From a virus (lineage: Duplodnaviria > Caudoviricetes), in the IMG/VR virus record IMGVR_UViG_3300020577_009322, positions 64,001-128,000 of that record: a stretch of 64,000 nucleotides of DNA; one strand, written 5' to 3'. The notes below the pieces were generated by a model. That model was not told the DNA's origin, ran no database searches, and saw only the letters and a list, made by a program, of their open reading frames with translations. A program made the position numbers and the translations under genes. Below, one piece after another: positions 18,715 to 29,082 of the stretch (its first letter is position 1; the number at the start of each line of letters is the position of its first letter).

Positions 18715-20961
18715 ATGAGATTATGGGAATTTCCATTAACCGTTCAGTCCTATTCTACAAAGGAAGATGCCTGGTCAACTAAAGAGTTTACCACAAAGAA
18801 AGATTTAATAGATTATATTTATTCTGGTTTTAAAATACCAGGAGAATACAATCTTAGAAATACTAAGAAGTGGCAGGAAACAGGCAATCATTATGTTAAT
18901 ACAGTAACTCGTCCTAACTTTGAAGGTGGGCGTTATCATAATTATACTCGTAACTCTATTCAATATAAGAGATGGAGAGATACGGAAAAAGATCGTATTC
19001 TTAAAGGTGTAATATATGATGATATATTCATTCCTCCATTTTATTATTGGTATTTAAATTTCTGTCCAATTTATGATGATTTACTTAAGAAGAAACGTTT
19101 TGGTGATGTATGGGATAGTGATTTGTGGTATATGCAATATTGCATGCTAGCTATCTTACAAGGTAAACATATTGGTGGAGTTAAGGGTAGACAGAAAGGT
19201 TATTCATATAAACATATGGCCATTCTTTATTGGTCATATTGCTGGTTTGAAAACTCTGTTAATACAGTAGGTGCCTATGATGAAAAATTGGTTAAGAAAA
19301 GTTGGAGATTCTTAGAGGGATATCGTGCTCATATTAATAACAATACTCCGTGGAGAAGGGGTCCAACTATTCCAAAAGCACTAGAATGGAATGAATCTCA
19401 GATGGATGAAAATAATCAACCTCATGGTAATCAGGCTATTTTAAAGGGTGTTACCTTTAAACAAAATCCTGAGAATGATGTCGGTGGTAGTCAGACCTTC
19501 TTTAATTATGAAGAGCCTGGTGTTTCTCCAACTATTCTAGAGACAATGGAGTTTATACGACCTGCTGTAGAAAAGGGTAGTGAAACAACTGGTATAATTA
19601 TTGCTTGTGGATCTGTTGGTAATCTGGAGGATGCTGAAGGTATAAAAACAATCTTCTATAACCCAAGAGCTAATAATTTTCTTCCATTAAAAAATATTTG
19701 GGATAAAAGAACAGGATCTTCAGAAGAATGTTGTATCTTTATCAGTGAAGCCTATAATATGATAGGTACTGATGATATTACAGGACGTCCATTTATGGAT
19801 AATAATGGTAATAGTGATGTAAAATTAGCTTTAGATTGGATTGAAAGAAAGAAACAAGAATTAAGAAACTCAAATAAAAAGGGAGAACTAAAACAATTAG
19901 CCATCTCTCAAAAATGTATATCTCCAGAAGAAGCTTTTGATCAGCGTGCAACATCTGAATTTCCTGTTAATTTACTAAGAAAACAGCAAGAAAGAATAGA
20001 ATTAAAATATAAGGAGAACCTATGGGAGTATAAACCACGAAAAGGATTACTGGAAGAAAGAGAAGGAAAAGTAATCCTAAACACAACTAACCCACCAAAA
20101 GAGCATGAATATCCTATTCAGCCAGAGTGGGAAGATAAAAGAGGAGTATGGACTATCTATGAACCACCGGATGAAAAACTGGAAATGTTCACATACTTTG
20201 CTTGTGTTGATGCTATCGAGGTAGATGTTACTGACACCTCCCCGTCAGTTGCCTCGATAGACATATTTAAAACAACTGTAGAAGTTACCTATAAAGACAA
20301 TAATGGAAAACTACAGACACGTATAGAAGGTGATAAGCTAGTAGCAAATTACAGAGGTCGTTTCGACACACCTAAAAAAACCAATGAACAAATATGGCTA
20401 GGTATTAAAATGTATAATGCATTTACATATGCTGAGCGTAATAAACCAAACTTTATCAATTACATGAGAGAGAATGGTAGAGCTGAAAGATATTTAGCTA
20501 AGGAAAGTGATGTTCCTATATTTAAAGATCTAAATATAAAAAATGGTAATTTCCAAGCTAATACCAAATTTGGATTTCATAAAGGAGATAATACAGAAAT
20601 TTGGAGACACTTCAAGGCAACAACAAAAGAGTATTTTTCTACAGAGTATGGCAGAACTACCATGATAAAGAATGGAGAAGAAGAGACTTTGAAGGTTTTT
20701 ACTGGAATTGATAGAATAGATGATTATTGGTTACTGGAAGAATTTATTAGATATGTTGAAGGAAAAGGTAACTATGATAGATTGGTATCTTTTATGGGTG
20801 CATTATTTATCTGTAAAGTATACCAACAAAATCGAATTATCAAAAGAAGAAGTGAAGTAAAAGAAGAGAAAAAAGAAGAAAGACCTATATACAAACCTAT
20901 TAGTATGCTGGGTGGTGGCTACTATCCTGGAAAAAACAGGAGACCTCAATCATTAATATAA
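18715..20961 (+). CDS. terL: Terminase large subunit (crAss-like)
   Basis: Walker A KGRQKGYS, Walker B FNYEEPG, nuclease ACVDAI...NYDRLVS. Confidence 0.92.
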   Translation: MRLWEFPLTVQSYSTKEDAWSTKEFTTKKDLIDYIYSGFKIPGEYNLRNTKKWQETGNHYVNTVTRPNFEGGRYHNYTRNSIQYKRWRDTEKDRILKGVIYDDIFIPPFYYWYLNFCPIYDDLLKKKRFGDVWDSDLWYMQYCMLAILQGKHIGGVKGRQKGYSYKHMAILYWSYCWFENSVNTVGAYDEKLVKKSWRFLEGYRAHINNNTPWRRGPTIPKALEWNESQMDENNQPHGNQAILKGVTFKQNPENDVGGSQTFFNYEEPGVSPTILETMEFIRPAVEKGSETTGIIIACGSVGNLEDAEGIKTIFYNPRANNFLPLKNIWDKRTGSSEECCIFISEAYNMIGTDDITGRPFMDNNGNSDVKLALDWIERKKQELRNSNKKGELKQLAISQKCISPEEAFDQRATSEFPVNLLRKQQERIELKYKENLWEYKPRKGLLEEREGKVILNTTNPPKEHEYPIQPEWEDKRGVWTIYEPPDEKLEMFTYFACVDAIEVDVTDTSPSVASIDIFKTTVEVTYKDNNGKLQTRIEGDKLVANYRGRFDTPKKTNEQIWLGIKMYNAFTYAERNKPNFINYMRENGRAERYLAKESDVPIFKDLNIKNGNFQANTKFGFHKGDNTEIWRHFKATTKEYFSTEYGRTTMIKNGEEETLKVFTGIDRIDDYWLLEEFIRYVEGKGNYDRLVSFMGALFICKVYQQNRIIKRRSEVKEEKKEERPIYKPISMLGGGYYPGKNRRPQSLI

Positions 20962-20966
20962 ATATC

Positions 20967-21485
20967 ATGACAGATAGAAAAGAATACAATAAGGAATATT
21001 GAAAAACTTACAAAAGACCTAGTAGGAAGAAAGGTGCCGTACCTAAGTCTAAGAAGGAATGTGTAAGTTGTACAAAAGAGTGGAAAAGAGAATATTATTT
21101 GAAAAATAAAGAAAAGATACACAAGAGGAACCATAAATGGGAAATGGAAAGAATGAAAAAGGATAGTGTATTTAAGTTGAAAGTATTAATAAGATATAGA
21201 ATAAGAAAGAAAGTTAAGAAAAATAACAACACAACTTCTAATATTCTCGGATGTTCATATAAAAAATTTCACAAATATTTAGAATCCAAATTTGAACCTT
21301 GGATGAATTGGGAAAATCATGGTTTATTCAATAATGAGGAAAACTATGGTTGGGACCTAGATCATATAATACCTATAGCCTCAGCTAAGACTGAGGAAGA
21401 TTTATTAAAATTAAACCATTACAGTAATTTCCAACCTCTTTGTAGTTATATAAATAGGGTTGTTAAAAGAGATAAACATGTCTAA
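20967..21485 (+). CDS. HNH homing endonuclease with in-frame TGA at 21000-21002
   Basis: WMNWENHG...WDLDHIIP...LNHYSNFQPL; upstream in-frame ATG at 20967. Confidence 0.75.
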
Positions 21486-24246
21486 TAGATTAATTTGGGG
21501 TGCTGACCTCTACAAAGGATTTAAATTAGAAAGAAATACAATGCTTGGAGGAGCGGTAAATGATATTTTACCATTCCAAATGCTTACTTTAGAAGAGAAA
21601 ACAATAGACTGGATTAAAGCTGTTGCTGATTTTTATGAGGTATGTGGTTGGAATAATGTTGAGAGACGTGCCCCAAAAATAGATCGAAATTATAAAATGA
21701 GACAAGGATTACTCAATCCTAGTGATTATATTATTAATCCTGATAATGATTTATCACAAGCTATTGGACTAATAGTTCCTCCTCAAAATCAATCCCCCCT
21801 TGAACAATTCTATCCACTTGCTCCAAACTTTGTTGATGTTCTAAGGGGTGAATTTATAAAAAGAGATAACAGGTGGACAATCGAAGCAGTAGACCCTTAC
21901 TCTACCGCTGAAGCTTTTGATAATAAGAAGAGTCAGTTTGAGCAGATAATAATACAGCAAACTCAATTACATAAACAACAGACGTTGGCTGAAATGGGAT
22001 TAACTCAACAAAGTAACCCTCAACAATACGAAGCTGAGATGCAGAAGGCAATGGCTCAATTAACTGAAATAGAATTAAAGAGTAAAAACTTTAGAACTGT
22101 TGGTGTTAAATGGGCTGAAAAAGTATTAAAAATTCATGAAAAGAGATATAATTTACATGAATTAGAACCAGATGCATTTGAGTGTGGCTTAATTACCGAT
22201 AGTGAATTTTGGCATATAGATCTACTTGATGATGATTTCAAGATTGAGTTACTTAATCCAAAGTGGTGTGATTATCATAAAGGTCCTAATGTTAAATATG
22301 TTAGTGATGGGGATTATTTCTTATGGTTTGATTTCATGTCTTCTGGAGATATAGTTAATAAATTTGGAAGAAGAATGAAGGAAGAAGATCTTCTTAAGTT
22401 AAAGGAGATATATGTAAGGAGTGCAAATATTATCGTTCCTGATTATTTAAAGAGTCATCAAGGAAGTCATTATGATTTATCAAAGAGTTGGACGGATGCT
22501 ACAGATTTAAACCCTGTACGTAATGATGCATTACTTGGTCAGGAATTAGCCTATAACTTCATGAGAACCCCAAATTTCGATCATAATATGGAGGTTGATA
22601 TATTCAATCCTGTATTTGGCAGAATGGTTACAGGACGTCCTCAAATGTTTAGGGTGATGAGATTATATTGGAGATCAATGAAAAGAATAGGTTGGTTAAC
22701 TAAGATAGAGAGAGATGGTACTATTAATCCTCCAGAATGGGTGGATGAAAATTATAAGGTTACAGTAGAACCACAATATGATGTATCCGTTGTTAAAGAT
22801 AAAAGTAAGAATAATCTAATATATGGTGAGCATATAGATTGGACATGGACATCTGAATGGAGACAAGTAATAAAAATATCACCTAATCAAAAGCATACTT
22901 TCTGGTTAAATAGTCAGAATACTCTAGAATCTATTTATATCGATGGAGGACCTGTTCCATTCCAATTTAAAGGAAAAAATAATCCATTTGATAGTTTACC
23001 ACCGGTAGAAGGATGTTCATTTTCTTATATTAATAGTACCCCACATTCATTTATTGATCGAATCAGACCTCTACAGATTATCTATAATATCTGTATGAAT
23101 AAGGTACCAAGAAAGTTCTTGGCCGATTATGGTAATAAAGTAGTATTTGATAGAAGAGGAATGGCAGTAAATACCTCTTCTAATGGTGGAAATACTGTAG
23201 ATCCTGTAGAGGCTTATGAGGATAAATTACGTAACTCAGATATATTAGATTATTCATTTAATAGAGAAAGTCTGGAAGGACTTGGTCAACCAGGTTTTCC
23301 ACAAGTTTTACAGTTATCCACAGTTCAGGAGGCCCAAATGTATTTCCAATTAGGAATGCAAATAAAAATGGAAGCAGGAGAAATTATCGGTATATCTAGA
23401 AATAGATTGGGTCAAAATAAAGCTAGTGAAACTGCAACAGGGATTAATCAGGCTATTTCTTATTCTGAAACTCAAACAGAAAAATATTATGAACAGCATA
23501 GTAATTTAATGCAACGTTTTAGACAGAGAATGCTTGATGCTGCTCAATATTATTCTACATTTAAAGAGACCACAAGAGAAGTATATATGAATGAAATGGA
23601 TGAGAATGTATTCCTTGATATAGAAGGAATGGATAATCTATTACCTCATTATAATATATATCTACAGACTCGTGCTAATGTTAGATCTGCATTACAACAA
23701 ATTTCCCAATTCTTAATGGAAGAAAATACTCTTCCTATTAAAGCATCGGCTAAGGTTGAAGCAATTGTTGAGAACAGTATTCCTAAAATTCTATCACTTA
23801 TTAGACAAAGTGAATTGGATCAGGAACAGATTGAGTTACAAAAACAACAAGCTGAGCAGCAACAATATGCTGATCAACTTAAACAGCAGATTGAAATGCA
23901 GAAAGCTAATCTTGCTCATGAAGATCTACAGAAAGATAAGGATAGGGAAACTCAAATTGAAGTTGCTACAATTCGTGCAGAAGGTGGATTACAATCAGAT
24001 AATAATAAAAATGGTCAATTAGATGCTGCTGAGAATTTAACACCTTATTTAAAACAACAAGAAATAGTTAATAAGCAAAAATCTGAAGAAGCTAAAATTG
24101 CAGCAAAACAAACAGCTGATACTAATCAAATGATATTAGCCAGAGAACGTGCAAGAATGGAAATAGAGAAGGAAAAAATTAAGCAAGAGGGTGCATTAAA
24201 AGTAGCTAAGGAAAATAAAACAAAATCCGAGTTAGGAAAAAAGTAG
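21478..24246 (+). CDS. Portal protein
   Basis: Follows TerL; ~920 aa; GISRNRLGQ..SETATG motif; Q/E-rich coiled-coil tail. Confidence 0.88.
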   Translation: MSNRLIWGADLYKGFKLERNTMLGGAVNDILPFQMLTLEEKTIDWIKAVADFYEVCGWNNVERRAPKIDRNYKMRQGLLNPSDYIINPDNDLSQAIGLIVPPQNQSPLEQFYPLAPNFVDVLRGEFIKRDNRWTIEAVDPYSTAEAFDNKKSQFEQIIIQQTQLHKQQTLAEMGLTQQSNPQQYEAEMQKAMAQLTEIELKSKNFRTVGVKWAEKVLKIHEKRYNLHELEPDAFECGLITDSEFWHIDLLDDDFKIELLNPKWCDYHKGPNVKYVSDGDYFLWFDFMSSGDIVNKFGRRMKEEDLLKLKEIYVRSANIIVPDYLKSHQGSHYDLSKSWTDATDLNPVRNDALLGQELAYNFMRTPNFDHNMEVDIFNPVFGRMVTGRPQMFRVMRLYWRSMKRIGWLTKIERDGTINPPEWVDENYKVTVEPQYDVSVVKDKSKNNLIYGEHIDWTWTSEWRQVIKISPNQKHTFWLNSQNTLESIYIDGGPVPFQFKGKNNPFDSLPPVEGCSFSYINSTPHSFIDRIRPLQIIYNICMNKVPRKFLADYGNKVVFDRRGMAVNTSSNGGNTVDPVEAYEDKLRNSDILDYSFNRESLEGLGQPGFPQVLQLSTVQEAQMYFQLGMQIKMEAGEIIGISRNRLGQNKASETATGINQAISYSETQTEKYYEQHSNLMQRFRQRMLDAAQYYSTFKETTREVYMNEMDENVFLDIEGMDNLLPHYNIYLQTRANVRSALQQISQFLMEENTLPIKASAKVEAIVENSIPKILSLIRQSELDQEQIELQKQQAEQQQYADQLKQQIEMQKANLAHEDLQKDKDRETQIEVATIRAEGGLQSDNNKNGQLDAAENLTPYLKQQEIVNKQKSEEAKIAAKQTADTNQMILARERARMEIEKEKIKQEGALKVAKENKTKSELGKK

Positions 24247-24352
24247 GAAAATAGCTAATAATGTAACAATGTATATAACAAGGTTATTTTTATTTGGTGA
24301 ATTAACTTAAAATGTTTATAATCATATTAGTAGAATTAAAAACCAACAAATA

Positions 24353-25552
24353 ATGGCAATAGAAGATGTAAATTTAAAAGATTTTGGTAATCTCTTTGGT
24401 GATCTAAAAGACATAGGAAATACCACACCTGGATTTGGAATGTCAAATGATACAGATGTAGATCTGTTGAATAATGATAATAAGGATGATGTAGATGATC
24501 AAGGCAACCAAAATAATCAGGATGATAATCAGAATACAGATGATCAATCTAAAGATGATAAGGAAAAGAAAGATGCTGATATTCTAAGTACTGATAATAA
24601 AGGTGGTAGAAAACCAAAGTATGATTTCACTGACACATCTGGATATTTTCAAGATAGATTTAAATCTGGAAAATTTGTTCCAATTGAAATGGATGGAGAA
24701 GATGGTAAACCTGTACAATTTATCCCAAAAACGCCTGAAGAATTTGATGAAGTAATCGATTTACAGGTTGATTATAGATTAGAGAAAAAGGCTAAAGAAT
24801 TAGAGGAAAATTGGTATGCAACTAAATCTCCAGCTTGGCAGGCAGTAGCTAAATATGCTGAAATGACTGATGATCCTAGTGAAATTCTTCCATTTCTTCA
24901 AGGTGTTAGAACATTAGAAAGTGTTAGAGATCTAGATCCATCAGATGCAGCTTCTGCAGAAAAAATTGTAAGAGTACGTCTGCAACAGAGGGGGGATGAT
25001 GATGAGACCATAAATGAGCAGATAGATGCTTTAAGAACAACAGATAAGCTAATAACAACGGCTCAGAAATATAAACCATCAATTCTACAGGAAGAGCAGC
25101 AGCAATTAGCTAGTATGCTTAACGAAAAACAAAAGCAACAAAAAGAATATATTCAGATGGTATCTCAAATAAGAGAGAGTGCAATTAAAGCAATTGAAAC
25201 TCCTTTATTTGGAAAGGTTAAACTGAAACAAGATGAGAAAGCTGCTATTTATGAAATGATAGCTGAACCATCAAAAGAAACACAAGGATATCCAATCTAT
25301 TCAGCAATTGATGATTTATTTGCTAAAAATGATATGGAAAAGCTAAAGAAAATAGCACTTATCCTAGCAAAAGAAGATGCATATATGGGATATATCTCAA
25401 ATAATGCAGCAACAAAAACTGCTGGAGACTTACAAACTAAATTAAGAGTGGCAACAGATTCTCGTTCTTCATCAGGAAGTGATGATGATATAGAGGATAA
25501 AAGAGCAATACAAAGAAAACAGTATACTACTGGTGCTCGTTTTGGAAGATAA
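24353..25552 (+). CDS. Acidic capsid assembly/scaffold-like protein
   Basis: Between portal and MCP; D/N-rich N-terminus. Confidence 0.65.
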   Translation: MAIEDVNLKDFGNLFGDLKDIGNTTPGFGMSNDTDVDLLNNDNKDDVDDQGNQNNQDDNQNTDDQSKDDKEKKDADILSTDNKGGRKPKYDFTDTSGYFQDRFKSGKFVPIEMDGEDGKPVQFIPKTPEEFDEVIDLQVDYRLEKKAKELEENWYATKSPAWQAVAKYAEMTDDPSEILPFLQGVRTLESVRDLDPSDAASAEKIVRVRLQQRGDDDETINEQIDALRTTDKLITTAQKYKPSILQEEQQQLASMLNEKQKQQKEYIQMVSQIRESAIKAIETPLFGKVKLKQDEKAAIYEMIAEPSKETQGYPIYSAIDDLFAKNDMEKLKKIALILAKEDAYMGYISNNAATKTAGDLQTKLRVATDSRSSSGSDDDIEDKRAIQRKQYTTGARFGR

Positions 25553-25573
25553 ATTTAAAAACAAATATAAAAT

Positions 25574-27262
25574 ATGATACAATCATCAATTCTGGGCCTT
25601 GGAACATTAGGTCATCCTGGGATATTTATGGGACAATCTAGATCACTTGGTATCAAGAACCATGTTGATATTCCATATGTAACAGCTTTAGCACCTGAAA
25701 AGCCATTGGACTTTGGTGTTCTTGATTTGTGGGCTCTTAAACAGAGAACGGAATCTCCACTTTTGACTATGGCTATAGATAATGCACAAGTTATTTATAC
25801 TGATGCAGACTACTATACATTTGAGTTGCCACAGGCTACTGAATCAACTACACGTTTAGTTAGTGGTGGATTAGATAAAGATAAAATGGGTATGGATGGT
25901 GAAGAAATTCCATTCGTTGTTACTAAAAGAGATTTATCTCCTGGTTCTATCTTTAAATTTGACTTGACATCTCGTATATCATTTACGGTTGTTGATAGAC
26001 CTATTGAACAAATGGGTGAACACTTTAAAGTTTGGGCAGTATTAAATACTAATGCTCAAGTTAAATGGGTTACAAAAGCTGAATTCCAACCACAACGTCA
26101 GATTATAAAATTAGCTGATATAAGAGGTCTTGACTTTTCATCTAACAAAGCAGCTTGGCAATTGTCAGGTGTTGGTATGGCAAAATATAAGAATTATCTA
26201 TCTAATGCCATGCTTCAACAATCATATCGTGTTACATCTGGTGCAGTAGAGTATTTAAATACTAATACACGTATCGATGGTAAACAAATTGCTATGATGG
26301 AAGAAACTATTCTTCAGTTCTATCAAGTAAGAGGAATTGCTGATAATAAGGTTATTGATATGACTAATAGTGAAAACTATAAGACATATTGGGAAAAGTT
26401 ACAAGAAGCTAAAAGTAAAGGTGCTGGTGAAGCTGCTTTTGTTAACTTCTTGGATAGTATTTGTATTAACTTAATGCAGAAGCAAAATAATGACTTAATG
26501 ATCTGGGGTGATCAGGTTAACATCTTGAGAGATGGTTATGATACAACTCGTCTTGTACCAGGTGTATGGTTCCAGTTAGATTTGGCTGGTTACAAACATA
26601 CCTACTCAATTGACACATTTTCACTAGATACATTAACTAATGCTATTAAAGATTTTGAATTTGGTAAAGTTCCATTAAGAGAATCTATCTCAACTAATAC
26701 TTATGTTATTAAAACAGGTAGAGGCGGTTCTGAACTTATTTATCAAGCTTTCATGAAGAAAGGATTCCAAATCCCAGCTCAGGTTCAAAATGGTGATCAT
26801 GGATTTATTACAGGTCAGGCTAATAACTTAACCTATAATGCTCCACGTTTCATTAAATATCAAATTCCAAATATTGGTTACTTGCAGGTAGATTGGGAAC
26901 CAGGTTTTGATCCGGTAAAAGCTGATGAATTTGTTAATCCAGTATTAGCAGGTGGATATCGTCTTACATCTTATACTATGTTAATTGAGGATTATAATAC
27001 CTCTCGTGATAACATTGCTATTATTCGTAAGAATGGTACAAAAATGAGAATGATTGTTGAAGCAGGTGATCAAACTCACCCTCTTTTAAGAATGTCTAAC
27101 AATATTAGTGGTAATAACATTCAGGTTCATGCTGCAAGTGATGAATTGAGTGGTTATCAAGTTAAGTTTGTTAGTAAAGCTGATACAGCAATTGTTAAGG
27201 ATCCAACTAAACTTTTAAAGTTAGTTCCAAAGAATCCACGTACAGGTATTGCAGCTCTTTAA
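25574..27262 (+). CDS. Major capsid protein (crAss-like)
   Basis: Size, synteny, TGRGG motif, C-terminal IVKDPTK. Confidence 0.85.
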   Translation: MIQSSILGLGTLGHPGIFMGQSRSLGIKNHVDIPYVTALAPEKPLDFGVLDLWALKQRTESPLLTMAIDNAQVIYTDADYYTFELPQATESTTRLVSGGLDKDKMGMDGEEIPFVVTKRDLSPGSIFKFDLTSRISFTVVDRPIEQMGEHFKVWAVLNTNAQVKWVTKAEFQPQRQIIKLADIRGLDFSSNKAAWQLSGVGMAKYKNYLSNAMLQQSYRVTSGAVEYLNTNTRIDGKQIAMMEETILQFYQVRGIADNKVIDMTNSENYKTYWEKLQEAKSKGAGEAAFVNFLDSICINLMQKQNNDLMIWGDQVNILRDGYDTTRLVPGVWFQLDLAGYKHTYSIDTFSLDTLTNAIKDFEFGKVPLRESISTNTYVIKTGRGGSELIYQAFMKKGFQIPAQVQNGDHGFITGQANNLTYNAPRFIKYQIPNIGYLQVDWEPGFDPVKADEFVNPVLAGGYRLTSYTMLIEDYNTSRDNIAIIRKNGTKMRMIVEAGDQTHPLLRMSNNISGNNIQVHAASDELSGYQVKFVSKADTAIVKDPTKLLKLVPKNPRTGIAAL

Positions 27263-27414
27263 GTTATTAAAATATACTACAATGGCAAAGAAAAAAGGAA
27301 AAAAAGGATGTTAAAATAAGGAGTCGAAAGACTCCCGGCACAAGAGTAACGCCTCCACGATGGCTGTGCTGGATACCCAACCAAGTTACTAATTAAAAAC
27401 CAACAATTTAGAAT

Positions 27415-28404
27415 ATGAGTACAAGATTTGTAATTAAAAGTACAGCTAGTAAAGCTGAAAAAGAAGGTGATGTTATTATCAGATATACTGGAGTATCAGA
27501 ACCATTTATCAGAGTATCTGAAAGATCTGCAACAAAAGTAGGTGTTGATGGTGCAGGAAATCCAAAACTGATATATAATACAGGTTTAAATCCTGAAAAA
27601 GTAGATTTTTATCAGTGGTATAATAATGAAGAGAAGAAGGCTGTAGTTAAGCAAATAAAGGAATTAAGACCAGAGATAGTAAAAGCATATGGTGGTGAGG
27701 ATGTTATTAATGAAACAAATGCTTATTTCTGGGGAGAAACAAGAGATGTTAATAGATTATCTCTTACTAATAACGATATGGATGTCTTTTATGACACTAA
27801 AATTCCTGTTCATGCATTATTATATTTATCAATAATTTCTGGAGCATTTGGAGAAATAGTTTCTCCAACAAGAGATTGGGCTGAAAGACATCAGATACCA
27901 CACTATCTGGCACTAGAAACTGAAGAATCATTTGATGAAGAAGATGGAATTAAGAGAAGTGATGCTCATGCTGCTTTAGCAGAATTGAGAAGAGATGAAA
28001 CTCCAGAAGCACTATTTATATTAGCATGGTGTATTCAATATGATACAAATGCATTTGGTGCTTATCTTAAGAGTACTCCAATGAAAGATCTGATAAATTA
28101 TCATATCAAATATATTGATGGTAAGTTAGTAACAAAGAGAAAGAAAGATACAGCAAGAGTATTTATTGAATATGCTGAGAAATGGAAAGGGCAACAAACA
28201 CGTCCAGCATTATATGTAGAAGCCTATGTTAAGGCAGGAGAATACTACAACTTTATAAATCAGAGAGAAAAGAAATATGTGATGAATGATGGAACAGTTC
28301 TTGGAAATACAATAGAAGATGCTGTTGCAAATTTGATGAAACTTAAGTACACTCAGGATCTCGAGAAATTGAGAAAGCAAGTGGAAGATAAATGGAAAGA
28401 ATAA
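27415..28404 (+). CDS. Conserved crAss-like capsid-module protein
   Basis: Synteny after MCP. Confidence 0.6.
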   Translation: MSTRFVIKSTASKAEKEGDVIIRYTGVSEPFIRVSERSATKVGVDGAGNPKLIYNTGLNPEKVDFYQWYNNEEKKAVVKQIKELRPEIVKAYGGEDVINETNAYFWGETRDVNRLSLTNNDMDVFYDTKIPVHALLYLSIISGAFGEIVSPTRDWAERHQIPHYLALETEESFDEEDGIKRSDAHAALAELRRDETPEALFILAWCIQYDTNAFGAYLKSTPMKDLINYHIKYIDGKLVTKRKKDTARVFIEYAEKWKGQQTRPALYVEAYVKAGEYYNFINQREKKYVMNDGTVLGNTIEDAVANLMKLKYTQDLEKLRKQVEDKWKE

Positions 28405-29060
28405 TGACTCTCAGAGATATATCAAAAAAAATAGATTTAAGATTAAATAAAGGTGCTTCTGGAGATTATGATAATATCTGGAATTACCAAAAAGAAGAAG
28501 CTCTTAATAAAGCTATTAATGAGTGGGTTAGAAGACAAAAGAGAGGAAAGAATAGTACTCAGGAAGGTGATGAAGAAACTGTAGACAGAATAGACGATTT
28601 ACAGTTATTATTAAAAACTGAAGTTCTTACCACAAGAGATAAAGGTATATTCAATCAAACAAATAAATTACCTATAGATTACTTGTACTTTAAGAGATTA
28701 AGTCCATTAGTTAGTAAAGGAATATGTAAAGGGATAAATATAAAATCTCATCTAAGAGAAGAGGCAAATGTTAACGATTTGATAACAATGCCATCATTTG
28801 AATTTGAAGAGACCTTTCATACAATAATAAATAATAAAATACATATCTATCATAATAAAGAATTCTCAATAGATAAGGTAGAATTAACATACTATAGAAA
28901 ACCTAAAGTATATTCCTTTAAGAAATTAGATACAGTATTAGAGTTTAAAGATGATGTTTGTGAGTTACTTGTAGACGATACATGTAAAATTTTATCATCA
29001 GATATTGAATCAATTAATCAAAAAAACTTGGCACAAGAACGAGCCGAATTCAATAATTAA
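28404..29060 (+). CDS. Putative head-tail ring/adaptor protein
   Basis: LNKAINEWV, LPxDYL, LTYYRKP motifs. Confidence 0.65.
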   Translation: MTLRDISKKIDLRLNKGASGDYDNIWNYQKEEALNKAINEWVRRQKRGKNSTQEGDEETVDRIDDLQLLLKTEVLTTRDKGIFNQTNKLPIDYLYFKRLSPLVSKGICKGINIKSHLREEANVNDLITMPSFEFEETFHTIINNKIHIYHNKEFSIDKVELTYYRKPKVYSFKKLDTVLEFKDDVCELLVDDTCKILSSDIESINQKNLAQERAEFNN

Positions 29061-29082
29061 TAACAAAAATAAATAGAAATTT

